Origin: Azolla caroliniana
Taxonomy: Eukaryota; Plantae; Polypodiophyta
Assembly: GCA_043228905.1 (NCBI GenBank)
Contig: JBHGNT010000017.1
Coordinates: forward strand, 13,888,001-13,952,000
Direction of reading: 5' to 3'
DNA length: 64,000 bases
Shown here: piece by piece, positions 63,219-64,000 of the stretch
Numbering within the stretch: position 1 is the stretch's first letter
How the letters are laid out: each line of letters opens with the position of its first letter
Notes under the pieces: model-generated
The model's database searches: none
Seen by the model: only the letters and a program-made list of their open reading frames with translations
Told to the model about the DNA's origin: nothing
Position numbers and translations under genes: made by a program

Positions 63219-63266
63219 GTGATGCTGATGCTGATGCTGATGATGATGATGATGATGATGATGATG
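63219..63266. repeat. (TGATGC)n/(TGA)n microsatellite
   Basis: Directly visible. Confidence 0.9.
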
Positions 63267-64000
63267 ACTCATGAGCATGTTTTGCTTACTCTCTCTCTCC
63301 ATGACCCCATGCCAGCTCCTTACCCCCTGCATGGCCATCCCCATCCCTGCCAGTAGTTCGATCCTTCTCTCCACAAATCTCTCATCTGGGCAGGGATGCA
63401 TGGCAATGCAGCCTACAGGGGAGAGAAGGATCCTTTTGGACACCCACCCACAAAGAGTCAGGCGTGGGATGCAATGTTGAGGCTTTGTTTCCATATCGAG
63501 GTAGCTTCTCATTCGTCAAAACAATCGTAAAATGACCGTGAAAGGGTATGTGAGAGACTACTGTAAACACATCGCCTGGCTCTCGAAAGATCTCTTCTCA
63601 TTTGTCTAGACTCTAAACAACCATAAACGCATTGCTTCCTACATGATTGTCCAAAAAAATGCCTTGATTCATGTGAGAAGGATCAATTGTGGGCATGTCG
63701 CCTGGGGTCTCGAAGGATCTGGTATGCATATTCCATTCCTTACCATCTTGAGTCTCCACACAACAATCACTGCATTTCTAGAGAGTTGTTACACCTTGGT
63801 GACTAGGGACTAGTACAAACTGGATTGTCGTTACAACTTGGTTAACAAGGTGTCTTTCTTGGATGAAAAGATATTGCATTTTGTGTGCACACATGGACTA
63901 ATATAAGCGATCAACCTCAAGGCCAACAATGACCATGATCAAATGGATACTCATACTAGTATATTAAGATGATCTAAAAGAGACGATTTCATTTTTTTCT

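Noticed and set aside
63159-63512. Poly-His ORF / PP2C uORF
   Set aside because: The His run comes from a (TGA)n microsatellite; no recognisable homology, although a uORF cannot be excluded without ribosome profiling.

Overview
Land-plant nuclear DNA (TTTAGGG repeats, GT-AG introns, plant gene families; a seed-free plant such as a fern is my impression, not proven). Positions 1-17 kb are a transposon nest. It holds three related LTR elements stacked inside one another; the two whose interiors are visible look non-autonomous and have a tRNA-Trp primer site, and the inner one has a 4-bp TSD and repeated internal hairpin modules. The nest also holds a partly inverted Ty1/copia relic and a complete hAT transposon carrying a captured PPR gene fragment. 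Positions 18-64 kb contain host genes: a GPR107/CAND-like 7TM protein, a group 1 LEA (Em-like) gene, FANCE, organellar Met-tRNA ligase, SURF2 and a PP2C. Among them lie a young full-length but CpG-mutated copia element, MITEs, tRNA-derived SINEs and a W-box-rich satellite abutting the FANCE start codon. The standout candidate is an intact, intronless 441-aa gene (51436-52761) with an R3H-like motif whose terminal motifs resemble an uncharacterised fungal protein family, a possible fungus-to-plant horizontal transfer. All homology calls come from motif recognition by eye; no searches were run.
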